This document shows, piece after piece, positions 11,850-24,207 of a DNA stretch of 38,147 bases. The notes beneath the pieces are model-generated. The model saw only the letters and a list, made by a program, of their open reading frames with translations, searched no databases and had not been told where the DNA came from. Source of the stretch: Octopus bimaculoides (Eukaryota); the NCBI RefSeq assembly GCF_001194135.2, contig NC_068983.1:119350502-119388648 (forward strand), read 5' to 3'. Numbering within the stretch: the first letter of the stretch is position 1; each line of letters begins with the position of its first letter. Position numbers and translations under genes: made by a program.

Positions 11850-12957
11850 TGGATTTCCGATTCACAACGGAAGGGAGATAAGAGACTCCAAGGGAAGGGA
11901 GGAATAAATCGAAACTGTGAACTATAATTGAAGAGAATAAGAGTATGAAAAAGAAAAGTGGATCGGTAATATGAAACATTTTATTAAACGCAATAAAATG
12001 AAAGAGGGTGACACCATAAAACCGAAAGAAGAAAGGTGAGAAAGAAGCGAAAGAGAAGGTACTAGCAGAGTAAAGAAGAAAAAGGTGTGCCGTTCATCTA
12101 TTGATTCTTGAGCTACTAATTTATTATACGCTGTAGACAGTCACACTCGTATACACATGCATAAACATAGTGACATACAAATGCGCTCGCACACATAAAC
12201 AATAGCACGCACACACATATGCACACACATATGCACACACATATGCACACACATGATGTACGTGATTGCTTATTCAGAAACCTTGTCGCTTTGGTTAATC
12301 GCCGGCTTGAATTAGTCGAAGGGAAACGCTTATAAATTTCGAAGAAAATAAATACGGTACGTACATACATACATACATACATACATACATACATACATAC
12401 ATACAGAAATGCATATATATATATATATACATGCGTGTATGTGTGTGTATGTGTGTGCGTGCGTGTATGCACGCGCCCATATATATATATATATATGCAT
12501 GCAATTATATGTGTATACTCATCCGGTGTGACGGAAGGAGAGAAGTAAGTGTCACAGATAAAGGGAATAGTCGAGTGAAAAAGATTAGACACCGATCCAA
12601 AGTAACACGAGTTCTAATCTGTTATGTTACAAAGCAAGGTAATTTATTTTACGTGCCTCAATGAACCCTGTCATCGCACTGACCCAGCCACTCCCCACCT
12701 CAACCACACTAAATGGTCGGATTTCCGTCAGCTTAACACTGATTACCAGTGGCAACCAATGCGCATCCCATTTGCTCTATCACAAATAGTTAAGCAGCTG
12801 AAGTGATAGATCATCCACCTAGCTCTCCATACCTCAACAACAACGAAAGTTCATGGGTCAATAAGGCTAGAAATAGCAACCAAGTTCCCACAAATTATAC
12901 TTAACTGTCTTTAATATATATATTTTTAAAAAAAAGAAGAAAGAAAAAAACAGCAAA

Positions 12958-13099
12958 GAGGCGTAGCTGTGTGGTACTACAAGGCTCTGGGTTCAGTCCC
13001 ACTGCGTGGCACTTTGGGCAAGTGCCCTCTACAACAGTCCCAGGCCGATCAAAGCCTTGTGAATGAATTTGGTAGACGGAAACTAAAAGATGGGTATCG

Positions 13100-13131
<32 letters not shown>

Positions 13132-13258
13132 TGTATGTATGTATTTGTGTTTGTCCCCACTATCGCTTAACAACCGGTGTTGGTTTCTTTCCGTTCTTGT
13201 AACCTAGTGGTTCGGCAAAAACGTACGTTAGAACAAGTAAAAAATAAAAATAAAAGAT
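12958..13258 (+). mobile_element. tRNA-head SINE family A copy with deletions
   Basis: GGGTTCAGTCCCACTGCGTGGCACTTTGGGCAAGT...GGTAGACGGAAACT, then (TATG)n and GGTTCGGCAAAA. Confidence 0.8.
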
Positions 13259-13268
13259 GAAAGATAAT

Positions 13269-13309
13269 AGGCACAGGAGTGGCTGTGTGGTAAGAAGCTT
13301 GCTTCCCAA
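13269..13309 (+). mobile_element. tRNA-head SINE family A, 5' part, interrupted by the Tx1 element
   Basis: GGCACAGGAGTGGCTGTGTGGTAAGAAGCTTGCTTCCCAA matches the head of the copy at 8309 and continues seamlessly at 17836. Confidence 0.85.
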
Positions 13310-13699
13310 ATTTTTGTCGGACGTGTTTTTTTTTTTTCGCTGCCGGTAAGCATTTTTGTTGTTGTTGTTGTTGAAAACGTTAGATTACCGTTTGGAATTG
13401 TTATTGTTATTTGGTGAACGTTGAACTTTATTGTTGAACATTGTTGAATTATTTCCCGGTTTTACCGGGGAATAACTAAAGGAGAACGAATTGTTGACCA
13501 GTATTTGTTGGCCATTGTGGCATTTTTATGAACGTTGTTTTGTCAAACTGAGTATAGTCTTTTTGGACTAATTTTTGTGCCCCTTTCCCAAACGGGGGTG
13601 GGATTTGAACTTTGTTAGTGAACATTTTTTATTTCCCATTTTTGTGGGAAACTATTTAATTTGTATAATTTACTTGTGAAACTAATTTCAACCGAAGAA

Positions 13700-14420
13700 T
13701 GTCGGTTGAATTATACACGAGAGGTGTACTCTCGTAGAGAGTAAGCAAGAAAATGTGAAAAAGTTTTCGGTGGTTGCCGCGGTGGCAACCGAAAATATCG
13801 ACATTCCTGTGATCAGCTGGAAGGTTTATTTAAAAGAATGAAAGAGGAGGGCGGTGACGTTAAAATACCCCCTCCTCCAGTGTGGTCGACACAGAAAAAC
13901 GGACCGTAGTGTTTAAATCCTTCTACCCACAAAACAGAAGGTTTAAACACTTCGAGAAAGACAAAATTCCCTGATATGGAAAGACGTAGTCTATATTGCA
14001 AGGGGACAGGCATACGGTACAGTTGAGGTCCGTTTTTCTAGTGAAGAGGTGGCCCGCGGGCATTCCGTGTGTCCCTTGAAAACAAAAGAAGTGGTACCTC
14101 TACCAACATACATGGGAAAGTGGACTTCCCGTGTGAAGGTGACAGAAGTACCACCGGAGGTTGACCCGAAGGAGGTGATGGCCGCCCTGTGGTTTAACAG
14201 GACGGACCGTATAAAATTCTTGCAAATTACATGCTCTGCCCCCCAGAATTGCCTCGGGCGGTGCATTACAGCAACTGTACAGGGGACTCAGGAAGACCTT
14301 CAGAAGCTTCCTGAAAGGGTACTTGTGGGCGAGAATGTGGCCCTTAGAGTGCAGGTGGAAGGAAGAAAACTCACCTGCTATGAATGTGGGAAAAAAGAGC
14401 CACATTCGCGTGGACTATCC
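13700..14420 (+). pseudogene. Tx1-like ORF1 remnant (RRM-like region plus CCHC knuckle), frameshifted
   Basis: VVYIARGQAYGTVEVRFSSEE...YMGKWTSRVKVTEVPPEVD...LTCYECGKK, continuing as SHIRVDYP in the next frame. Confidence 0.7.
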
Positions 14421-17220
14421 GGACGTCCCAGAGTGGACCTGGATTAGTGGCGACAGAAAGCTCAAGTCTTACTTAGAAAGGATAGTGATAAAAACTAAAG
14501 ATAAGACTAGTTTTTGCTATCTACGGATTGTCCAGGTGGCCTACACTGACCATAGAATGGTAAAGTGTAGACTGGACATAGATAGTACAGTTAAGAGAGG
14601 ACCCTGCTACTGGAAGCTTAACAAGTCTATTTTGACTTGCGAGACATGCCGTAGCCGGATTAAGGAGTTAGCACAGAGGGCGTTAAACGGCCCCGTGGTT
14701 AATAACCGGTGGTGGTTCGCCCTCAAGAGAGCCATTCGATTTGTGTCCATTAGGTTTAGTCAACAACTAAGACTAGATAAAGCCAGAATAGAAGGGCAAC
14801 TAGTCAAGGACTTAGAAGAGGCGTTGAGGTTGGGCTCTGCATCTCACAGTTTGGCAGCGAGAATGGCATTGGACCGTCACCTCAAAGCCAAACATGAGGG
14901 GTGTAGAGTTCGGGCTAAAGTGCGAGCGTTGGGCCGTGAGGGAATTAATGTTGCCGGATGGGCCCGTGCGGTAGAAACCCAGTGTGGCAACGATGCTACA
15001 ATTAGGTTTTTTGTCGACGAAAACGGATGTTCAGTCGAAGGACGGGACGAGATGTGTGAGGCACTTTACAAGCACTTTGCCGAGTTGTTCGGGAGGGGGG
15101 GAACGCTGGATCATGGTGAGGCCCTTAGGGACTTCCTGTATGGTGGCCCGCGTCTCTCNNNNNNNNNNNNNNNNNNNNNNNNNNNNNNNNNNNNNNNNNN
15201 NNNNNNNNNNNNNNNNNNNNNNNNNNNNNNNNNNNNNNNNNNNNNNNNNNNNNNNNNNNNNNNNNNNNNNNNNNNNNNNNNNNNNNNNNNNNNNNNNNNN
15301 NNNNNNNNNNNNNNNNNNNNNNNNNNNNNNNNNNNNNNNNNNNNNNNNNNNNNNNNNNNNNNNNNNNNNNNNNNNNNNNNNNNNNNNNNNNNNNNNNNNN
15401 NNNNNNNNNNNNNNNNNNNNNNNNNNNNNNNNNNNNNNNNNNNNNNNNNNNNNNNNNNNNNNNNNNNNNNNNNNNNNNNNNNNNNNNNNNNNNNNNNNNN
15501 NNNNNNNNNNNNNNNNNNNNNNNNNNNNNNNNNNNNNNNNNNNNNNNNNNNNNNNNNNNNNNNNNNNNNNNNNNNNNNNNNNNNNNNNNNNNAGAGGGGG
15601 GGGGCACTGGTGCATTTTAATCACACTAAGGCATTTGATAGAGTCGACTGTCGGTACTTGGCGGCGGTCCTCGAGAAGGCTGGCCTGGGCCCGACCTTCC
15701 GTGGTTGGATTGCTGCTTTGTACAGCGACATCGAGTCTGTCGTCAAGGTGAACGGGCTCTTTTCGAAACCGTTCAGGATCGAGCGTTCAGTTCGTCAGGG
15801 GTGTCCTCTATCTCCGCTTTTGTATGTATTGGCTCTTGAGCCATTGCTGCGGACGTTGGAGGCGCTAGGGGGTGCGCCGCATGGTCTATGGTGTGGAAGA
15901 GGAGCTACGGCATATGCAGATGAGGGCCAGCTTCCAGCGGTGGAAAAGGCCATCAAAAGTTACAAGGCGGTGGCAGGAATAAAGGTTAACAAGTACAAGT
16001 CGGTCGGTTTGCAACTCGGCACCTGGAGAGGCAAGCCGATGGCGTCCAATAACGCCGTGGGGCGTTGGACAGAAGGTCCTGTTAAGCTGCTCGGTGTCTG
16101 GATTGGTCCAGACCTCCAGATAGAGAAAACTTGAAGTGAGGTGGCCAGCAGGGTGACTTCTCTAACCCAGGCCTGGTTTGGGTGGGCGTTATCCTTGCTA
16201 GGGAGGGCGGAGGTGGTGCAGATGTTTATAGCATCAGTAGTCACCTACCGTCTGACCGTGGTGCCTTGCCCCGATTTGTAGATGAACAAGCTGGAGAGAA
16301 TCCTTTTCCGCTTTTTGTGGAAGGGAGGGAAGCCACTTGTAAGGCGCTCTGTTTGCTGCCAGAAACCGCTAACGGGTGGGCTAGGGATACGTTGCCTGAA
16401 GATGCGAAAATTCGCGTTAAGGTTGAGGCACCTCTAGTTTTACCTAGATGGAGAGTAGGTATGGTCACCGCACGTTCGGTTCTACCTTCCCCAGTTAACG
16501 TCCTTAACCGACATTGGTACATGGATCAAGCAAGACCTAAGCTGAGAGACTGGCATTTGGAGTGCCGTCAGGCGCTCCAGCTACTCTCTTGGGCGAGCAA
16601 CGCTGGCAGCAGGAGTTCCACCGCGGATTTCTATAGCGGGTTAGTGGAATCTAATCGAAGACGCATTGGGGGAGACCGTTGACAACAATGAAAATCAGTT
16701 GGTCAACCTGTTCAGAACGTTCGGACCGGGGTATCTGGATAATTACCAGAAATCCCTGGCTTGGCAGTGCTTCCGTGCGGCGTTACCTGTTCGTGACAAA
16801 CTATCAAGACATGCAAGTGCCGTCTAGCTGACATGCCCGAGATGTGGGCAAGATAGGGAAACCGTCTTGCACGCATTCGTGGAGTGTCCTGAGTTATCGT
16901 GACTGATTGCTTTGTGCTGGGAAGAGTATAGTGATAGGAAGAGTACAGTGATAGGAAGAGTACAGCTATCAGCTGAGTCTATCATCGAGATTGTGCCACC
17001 TCCTTTCCTTAACAGGGAAAGGAAGGCTTGTTTTCTCTGCGTAGTAGTCATACTGAAAAAAAAAACAGTAAGGAAGATACGTGTGAAAGGTATAGTGACA
17101 GGTACCTTTGTCTCTGGCCAGAGGTTGGTTAAGTTTTTTAGTTACCACCTCGGTAGTAAGACCAAGCTGGAGAAGTGTCTGTCACGAGATATGTTTGAAA
17201 AGATGGAAGCCTGTGGTGAG
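14420..17220 (+). pseudogene. Tx1-like ORF2 remnant (truncated APE endonuclease, reverse transcriptase, zinc finger)
   Basis: WTW...SYLERI...YTDHRMV...RGPCYWKLNKSIL (endonuclease end and linker); HTKAFDRVD, SVRQGCPLSPLLYVL and AYADE (RT); CPRCGQDRETVLHAFVEC near 16830-16890. Stop at 16132-16134 and several frameshifts. Confidence 0.88.
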
Positions 17221-17469
17221 TAAGCTGGGTGCGATTGGTACCAGGTAAGTGAGGTCGGGTTAAAAAGTAAAAGTCCTACCCAGATGGCCGGGTGCCTTTC
17301 TTTCAACGCTCCTCATTGTGGAACGCAATGACTTATTTAAAATTCTTATTGCATATTTCATCGATTCATTTTTTTTCATCCGATTGATTTGACATTTTTA
17401 AAACGTAAAAGCTTCTTCACTCTTTATGTTTGTCTGTCCTTGTTTGTCCCCTCTCTGTAATGCCTGTAT

Positions 17470-17785
17470 TATTTTTTATTTATGCGCCCTTTTCAAGCCT
17501 AGCCAGGCTCATGGGCCCGGTTTCCCGATTTCTATGGCGTATGTCTTCCCTCCAGCTGGACGGAATGCCAGTCCATCGCAGCGTTACTCAAGAACAGGAA
17601 GAAAGAGTGAGAGAAAGTTGGGGCAAAAGAGTACAACAGGGGTCGCCCACCCCCATGCTGGAACCTCGTGGAGCTTTTAGGTGTTTTCGCTCAATAAACA
17701 CACACAATGCCCGGTCTGGGAATCGAAACCCTGATCCTCCGACCGCGAGTCCGCTGCCCTAACCACTGGGCCATTGCGCCTCCAC
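17470..17785 (-). mobile_element. tRNA-derived SINE with V-domain-like body, nested in the Tx1 3' UTR, 13-bp TSD
   Basis: A-box TGGCCCAGTGG (17773-17763), B-box GGTTTCGATTCC (17730-17719), GCGATGGACTGGCATTCCGTCCAG (17579-17556) resembling the V-SINE domain. TSD GTAATGCCTGTAT at 17457-17469 and 17786-17798. Confidence 0.85.
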
Positions 17786-17817
17786 GTAATGCCTGTATGG
17801 CAAATCTATATGAAATA

Positions 17818-17961
17818 AAGAAGCTTGCTTCCCAACCACATGGTTCTGTGTTCAGTCCTACTACGTGGCTCCTTGGGCTAGCGTCTTCTACTATAGCCTC
17901 AGGTTGGTCAAAGCTTTGTGAGTGGATTTGGTTGACGGAAACTGAAAGATGTCCGTAGTAT

Positions 17962-18019
<58 letters not shown>

Positions 18020-18253
18020 GGATGGATAGATAGGGGGTGTCTTTGTGTTTGTGTTTGTCCCCCCCCCCCACTACCGCTTGACAACCAGTGTTGGTGCGTT
18101 TACCTCCCTGTAACTAAGCGGTCCAGCAAAAAAGATAGAGTAAGTACCGGGCTTAAAAGAATAAGTTTTGGACTCAATTCATTCGACAAAAGATTCCTCA
18201 AGGCGATACCCCAGTATGGCCGCAGTCTAATGACTGAAATAAGTAAAAGATAA
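17818..18253 (+). mobile_element. tRNA-head SINE family A, 3' part after the Tx1 insertion
   Basis: B-box-like GTTCAGTCC, CCTTGGGC body, internal (GATA)n, and tail ...GGCCGCAGTCTAATGACTGAAATAAGTAAAAGA shared with the other family-A copies. Confidence 0.85.
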
Positions 18254-20851
18254 TGTAGGCCGAAATATACAAAATGACGGTCCCACTTTGACCACCTTCT
18301 ATCATAATTTTTCCAAATCAGCAATGGCCTGGGGTTTAAACAAAAATAACAAAAACCATAAGTTCACACTCACGTGAGCTTCACACGCGCCACAGGCTGG
18401 TTGGGAGTTCCACATCTCTGTCCGATGTAATGTATTAAAAGGTGCCCCCTACCCCACACACTCACCCCGCTTTCAGCAGCAAATTCAAAACCAACTGTAT
18501 TTCACAAATAAAACATAGCCTAATTAAACCAGTATTGTATTATTTTTACATCCATTTTGACCACCCCATTATCGCCACACTTTTCTTCAACGCCCCTCTG
18601 GATTTTTTCACTATCCCCGGGGGGGTGCAGTATTGCCTACTTTGGGAACCTCAGTCTTAGAGCATCACATACATGACCTGGAATTTACGGTCCCTTTGCC
18701 AAGAAGGTCTGTGCTATCGTGGTAGAATCTTCCCCAAATGACACTCTTAATTAAATACGAAGACGATTTTGGAAATGATTATTCGTTGATATACATTGAG
18801 CATTAAGTATTTGATATTTCTAAACTCAAATCTTTCGTGAGAAAAGTACCTCGGGTATTCAATGTCTTGTAATGGCCTAGTAGATAAGATAGTGTTTTAC
18901 TACAGCAGTACCATGAATTTTAATCTATTAGGCGTTTCGGTTGTTTCTGGCAGAGACATTACATCGGACAAAGATGTGTACCTCCCCACCATATTTTTTC
19001 CGCCCCTCGCAGACTCGAATTCCTATGGTTTTGGTTTAATCATAAAACAAATGGTATCGTCCATTACCTTGTAATAGGTTCTTTCAGACAAGTGGGAAAA
19101 TGGAAGAAAAATTTGCATATCCTTATTTTCAAATCAGTGATTTACTCTGAATGCTTGCATCCACGAAAGGCTCCCAAGAACCAAGTAGTAATGTTTACCT
19201 TAGAGACAAAGTCTACCACCGACCACCGGTACAGCCCACAAGATGAGTTTCCGAATAGTTCCCGTTTAAACAATTTCACTTGTAAGGATCTAGCCGATCT
19301 GAAGTTATGAAGGAGCAAAGGGTTAGAATTCAGAACCACGTCACTGAGAAACATTGACTATGCCTAGCTCTTTATTGATGCTGTTAGCATTTCATTTGAA
19401 AATTTGCAAGGAAAATATGTCATACAAAATAATTCCGGAAGGCTGTGTTTCTTAATGGATAGGATAGAACAAAGATAAGTAGGTCCTTAGTGTGAACTTT
19501 AAAGGCAGTTCTACTTATCTTCCTAAATCAAAGCTACGTGAACTGCTGTAGTCACTCTTGAAAAGACATGTGGAAAAGCGAATATTTCAAGTGTATAACT
19601 GAGTGAAGTTTTGTTAATCAGTTGGATGTTTTTGTTTTTGTTTGTTTTTGTTTAGTTTTGTTTGTTTTTTTCCTTCGAATGCAGCCTAGGTTATATGTAT
19701 GTGTAGTTCCAGCTTAGTAATATGAGCAGTTCTCTAATAAAGACTACACTCTCGCTTTGAAGAGATTTATCCTTGCTTGGACGATAAATTCTTAACACTA
19801 TTACACGTGTGTTCACAATGAAAGATCATCAGAGACTTTTACGCCCAGCTTTTACGATGAGTTTAAAGATCTAGCATGTGGAGAAAGAGTGTATAATATT
19901 ACGAGATTGTTTCCTTGATATCTGTTTTGCTGTTGTTGAAGAAACTGAATTGCCGGTTCTCTATTGATATCACTTTTCGAGGACTTGGTCCCTGTGTCTG
20001 GGAGTGGGTGTTAAGTTCAATTCGCATATGATCTTTCTGCTATACGCTGGAAATGTTGGCCGCAACCCATTGCTAATGAAAAGGTAATTCTGAACTTATG
20101 TAGCTCTCTTTTCCACTCGGTTTGTCAGATTGTGATTTGCTCAGATACTGTAATACCTTTTCTAATGTGGCTACTCCAAGTACAACGCAGAACAAGATGA
20201 GAGATAAAAAGTGGGAGTCCACTTGGTATTGTCCATTGTAATATCCATTGTAATATACATTGTAATATGTTTATCCTTTAAGTTGATACATTTACATAAA
20301 AGTTCATCGGTATTCCAAAATCTGTCCATATTGTGCTACAATTCAGGGTAGAGTGAGTGCTAAATAAACATAACTAGCTTATATGAGCTAGAAGGAGAGG
20401 GTCCAAAAAAGAAAGAAGTTGGAGGTTAAAACAATATAAAATACGAAGAAAACAATATAAAAAAATACATAAATATTAATACAAAAATAATAGAAGTCAA
20501 ANNNNNNNNNNNNNNNNNNNNNNNNNNNNNNNNNNNNNNNNNNNNNNNNNNNNNNNNNNNNNNNNNNNNNNNNNNNNNNNNNNNNNNNNNNNNNNNNNNN
20601 NNNNNNNNNNNNNNNNNNNNNNNNNNNNNNNNNNNNNNNNNNNNNNNNNNNNNNNNNNNNNNNNNNNNNNNNNNNNNNNNNNNNNNNNNNNNNNNNNNNN
20701 NNNNNNNNNNNNNNNNNNNNNNNNNNNNNNNNNNNNNNNNNNNNNNNNNNNNNNNNNNNNNNNNNNNNNNNNNNNNNNNNNNNNNNNNNNNNNNNNNNNN
20801 NNNNNNNNNNNNNNNNNNNNNNNNNNNNNNNNNNNNNNNNNNNNNNNNNNN

Positions 20852-20894
<43 letters not shown>

Positions 20895-22553
20895 TATAGA
20901 TATATAGATTAAGGCTCAATAGAATCTAGGCATAACAACACATAGGACGCCAAAAAAGGCCTGGTACAATAGCAGGGTTCACATTGAAATAAAAGCAACC
21001 ATTAAGGTATCAGGTGTTGGAAGGATATTGTAGGTATATGAGAACCAAATTCAGTTCAAACCGTAAATCCCACTCAGGGCTGTTTCAAAGTGCAGCCTAG
21101 GTACAAAAAAGAACACAAATTGGGTTTTTAAATTTACGACAGCAGTTTCAGTAGAATTTTATTGATGTACTCATAGATTACATCATAACATATAATTCAT
21201 CATCTTCAAGTAATATTTGAAACAGGTAAGATAATGTCTTGCTCATGACGAATACAACCAACGTTGTTGGATAAGTGGTATTTTAAAAATAACACTCGAA
21301 GTTATAGAGAAATCAGGTGGTGGTGGTAGCAATAACAATGATAATCATAATATTTGCAGCCCTAACATTGAGAGCCATGGTTGAAGTAGTAAACATCGTG
21401 CAATATGCTATTTGAATAGTGATGACTATGGTAGTCAAGTAGCCAACATTAGCGGTCGTGATACTGTGTATCAACCGACTACTTCAACTGCTAAATACAT
21501 TAGCTCTATATGTTGCAGGATTTTCCGCCTTAGAAGCAGCAATAGTGTTAGGGGTGACTATGAAAACATAAACCTTAACGTTGATAATGACACAACGTAC
21601 CCAGGCAACATCTGCTTTGATTCTAATATAAAGATTATGTATCTATTAATGATCAAGGTAACTGTTTTAACTTCCACAATTGCAATGTTAGTGCCATTGC
21701 TAGTAATAATAACTCCACTTTCTCATACATAATCCCTGAAAATTCGAGTAATTCTATCGGATCTCACAACAGTTATCACTCTCTGCGGTCCTTGAGTATC
21801 ACAAGAAGTATTAAAGCCCATAAATCTCCTAAATTACGTAATAGTAAAAGTAAACTTCCATGCCATCTCTATAATTTATGCCCCACTAAATATATTATCT
21901 ATAGATGTAGCTTAATAACAAACCTGAACATTTTTACCTACATCGGTTCCAATTCTTGCAAATTCATGCAGAGGTTATAAATCATTCTTATACTCTCAAT
22001 AATCGTAATAACGCTAAGGTTACATCACTCGAAGAAAAGAATTAAGAATTAAAGCACACACACAGATGTGTGTGTACATATGTATATNNNNNNNNNNNNN
22101 NNNNNNNNNNNNNNNNNNNNNNNNNNNNNNNNNNNNNNNNNNNNNNNNNNNNNNNNNNNNNNNNNNNNNNNNNNNNNNNNNNNNNNNNNNNNNNNNNNNN
22201 NNNNNNNNNNNNNNNNNNNNNNNNNNNNNNNNNNNNNNNNNNNNNNNNNNNNNNNNNNNNNNNNNNNNNNNNNNNNNNNNNNNNNNNNNNNNNNNNNNNN
22301 NNNNNNNNNNNNNNNNNNNNNNNNNNNNNNNNNNNNNNNNNNNNNNNNNNNNNNNNNNNNNNNNNNNNNNNNNNNNNNNNNNNNNNNNNNNNNNNNNNNN
22401 NNNNNNNNNNNNNNNNNNNNNNNNNNNNNNNNNNNNNNNNNNNNNNNNNNNNNNNNNNNNNNNNNNNNNNNNNNNNNNNNNNNNNNNNNNNNNNNNNNNN
22501 NNNNNNNNNNNNNNNNNNNNNNNNNNNNNNNATATATATATATATATACACAC

Positions 22554-22706
22554 ACGACGGGCTTCTTTCAGTTTTCCGTCTACCAAAACCACTCACAATG
22601 CTTTGGTCGACACGAAGTTATAGTAAGCAACACTTGCCCAAGGTGCCACGCAGTGGGGCTGAACCCGGAGCCATGTGGCTGGAAAGCAAGCTTCATACCA
22701 CAGCCA
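22554..22706 (-). mobile_element. tRNA-head SINE family A, 5' half
   Basis: Reverse complement of the family-A head and body (CTTGCCCAAGGTGCCACGCAGTGGGGCTGAACCC). Confidence 0.8.
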
Positions 22707-22744
22707 ATATGTTGTTGTTGTGTTTGTTTTTGTTATTATTATTA

Positions 22745-23286
22745 TTGTTATTGAGTGAGAAAGCAGTGCATGCCATCAAAGTGACACTGGGGTAAAATAT
22801 ACGAAGCCCAGTATACCTATCATGACTACCTGTCTGATAAAGGTACACCAGGCACATGCATCACAACCGTATGTATGTACAAGACATGGTCATCTTATAT
22901 CAAGATAAACAGCGCATAACCTTGTAGGTGAGGCCCAGTTAGAATTTTCTTCAGGTTGAGTAGCCCATCCCGCTCAAAAAGTCCCTGAGTAAGGGCTGTT
23001 TAAGAATGCTGGAAGAAACACCCATGTTTCCAAGAGTGAATTATTCAAACCCCAAAAAATTCCTCTCAATACATGGCTATGATGCTTCCCACTACTTCTG
23101 CTCGTGATCAGAGATGCACATATCGTCAACCACAAAATGCTCAAATGGTTAAGATCAAACAAATGACAAGAAAATCTGTGCTATTGAGCAGAATATTTGC
23201 TGTAGCTCATCTTTAGTACCAAGAGAAAACTATGTTCATAACACTTCCAATCAGTTAAGATCAGAAGCCATGAGGGCCACTGTCTG
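22745..23286. repeat. Probable unclassified interspersed repeat
   Basis: Higher-GC block bounded by microsatellites, recognised only from memory as a recurrent octopod repeat. No coding motif identified. Confidence 0.3.
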
Positions 23287-23290
23287 CAAC

Positions 23291-23291
<1 letters not shown>

Positions 23292-23355
<64 letters not shown>
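23292..23355. repeat. (ATT)n microsatellite
   Basis: Read directly. Confidence 0.95.
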
Positions 23356-23357
<2 letters not shown>

Positions 23358-23796
23358 CATTTCAAAAGGATTGACGTAACTCTTCACAAAGGTAAATAGA
23401 CAAGACGAAGATTATAGAAATTGTAGAAATTCAAAATTATAGAAATTCAAATGTAAAATATGAACGAGAGCAACCAGCGTCCACACGTTTTTGAAATGAC
23501 ATCATCAACCTTCAAGTTTCAATTTTACAACTGGCGAAAAGGAAAAGAAATGAAAAAGAGAAAAAAGGAAGGAAAAAGAGAGAAAAGGAAGGAATATGTG
23601 AAAAAAAGAAAGGAAAAAGAGAAAAAAAGGAAGGAAAAAAGAAAAGGAAAAAGAAGAATATTTAATCAAACTGTTTGTGTAAATTTGATGAAATTCTCCT
23701 GTCATACCGCATCTTTGTTCTTTGTAGGCCGTGATTTCCACAGAGTTCCCAATGGATCATTCTTGCCACATTGTCATGGCGTCTTTTATAATCGCG

Positions 23797-24000
23797 TTAA
23801 GCTAATTTCAAGCATTCGCTAATGGTGTGCCATGCCGTTTCACCCCTCTCACCACATATTTTGCATTTGTCGTTTACGGTAGTGTTGTCGATTCTGCACT
23901 TTACATAGTTAGTCCTTAGCGCTTGTTCTTGAACTGCGTATGTAAGTGCTTCTGTCTCTATCTTCAGGTCACTCCTCCTCATCTATAGCCACCGGTCTTC
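23797..24000 (-). pseudogene. R4/Dong-clade (RLE-type) non-LTR retrotransposon fragment, CCHC region
   Basis: DLKIETEALTYAVQEQALRTNYVKCRIDNTTVNDKCKICGERGETAWHTISECLKLA resembles the ETEGxIxAAQDQALxTN...CRxC...ETxxHIxSxC region of R4-clade proteins. Confidence 0.75.
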
Positions 24001-24207
24001 TTTATCTGTTTTGGTATTTGTATCTCTTGCAAACTGATTGTACATTTTTTTTCATTCTATACTTTTTCTTTACTACTACTATTTCGCTTAGCGATACTAA
24101 TAACCTGGTAGTTGAACTCAATATACATATGCTTCAGAATAAAAGCGTCAGTCGAGTACAGAGCAGTAACAAGAAACTAAACGACAAGGGAATAAGAAAT
24201 TTTGTCC

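Larger units (their letters stand above)
13310..17817 (+). mobile_element. Tx1/L1-clade non-LTR retrotransposon, defective, with 18-bp TSD
   Basis: TSD AAGAAGCTTGCTTCCCAA at 13292-13309 and 17818-17835. ORF1 with RRM-like region and CCHC-knuckle remnant. ORF2 with endonuclease C-terminus, RT and C-terminal zinc finger. 3' end TGAAATAAA. Assembly gap at 15159-15592. Confidence 0.9.

Noticed and set aside
17720-17785. tRNA-like sequence with A and B boxes (also the family A and B heads)
   Set aside because: Continues into SINE body and tail and is TSD-flanked, so it is a SINE head and not a tRNA gene.
21412-21732. 106-aa ORF with a hydrophobic C-terminus
   Set aside because: Non-ATG start, no family motif, and the neighbouring frames are full of stops.
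23520-23660. Lys/Arg/Glu-rich ORF (23460-23822)
   Set aside because: Translation of an A/G-rich low-complexity tract.
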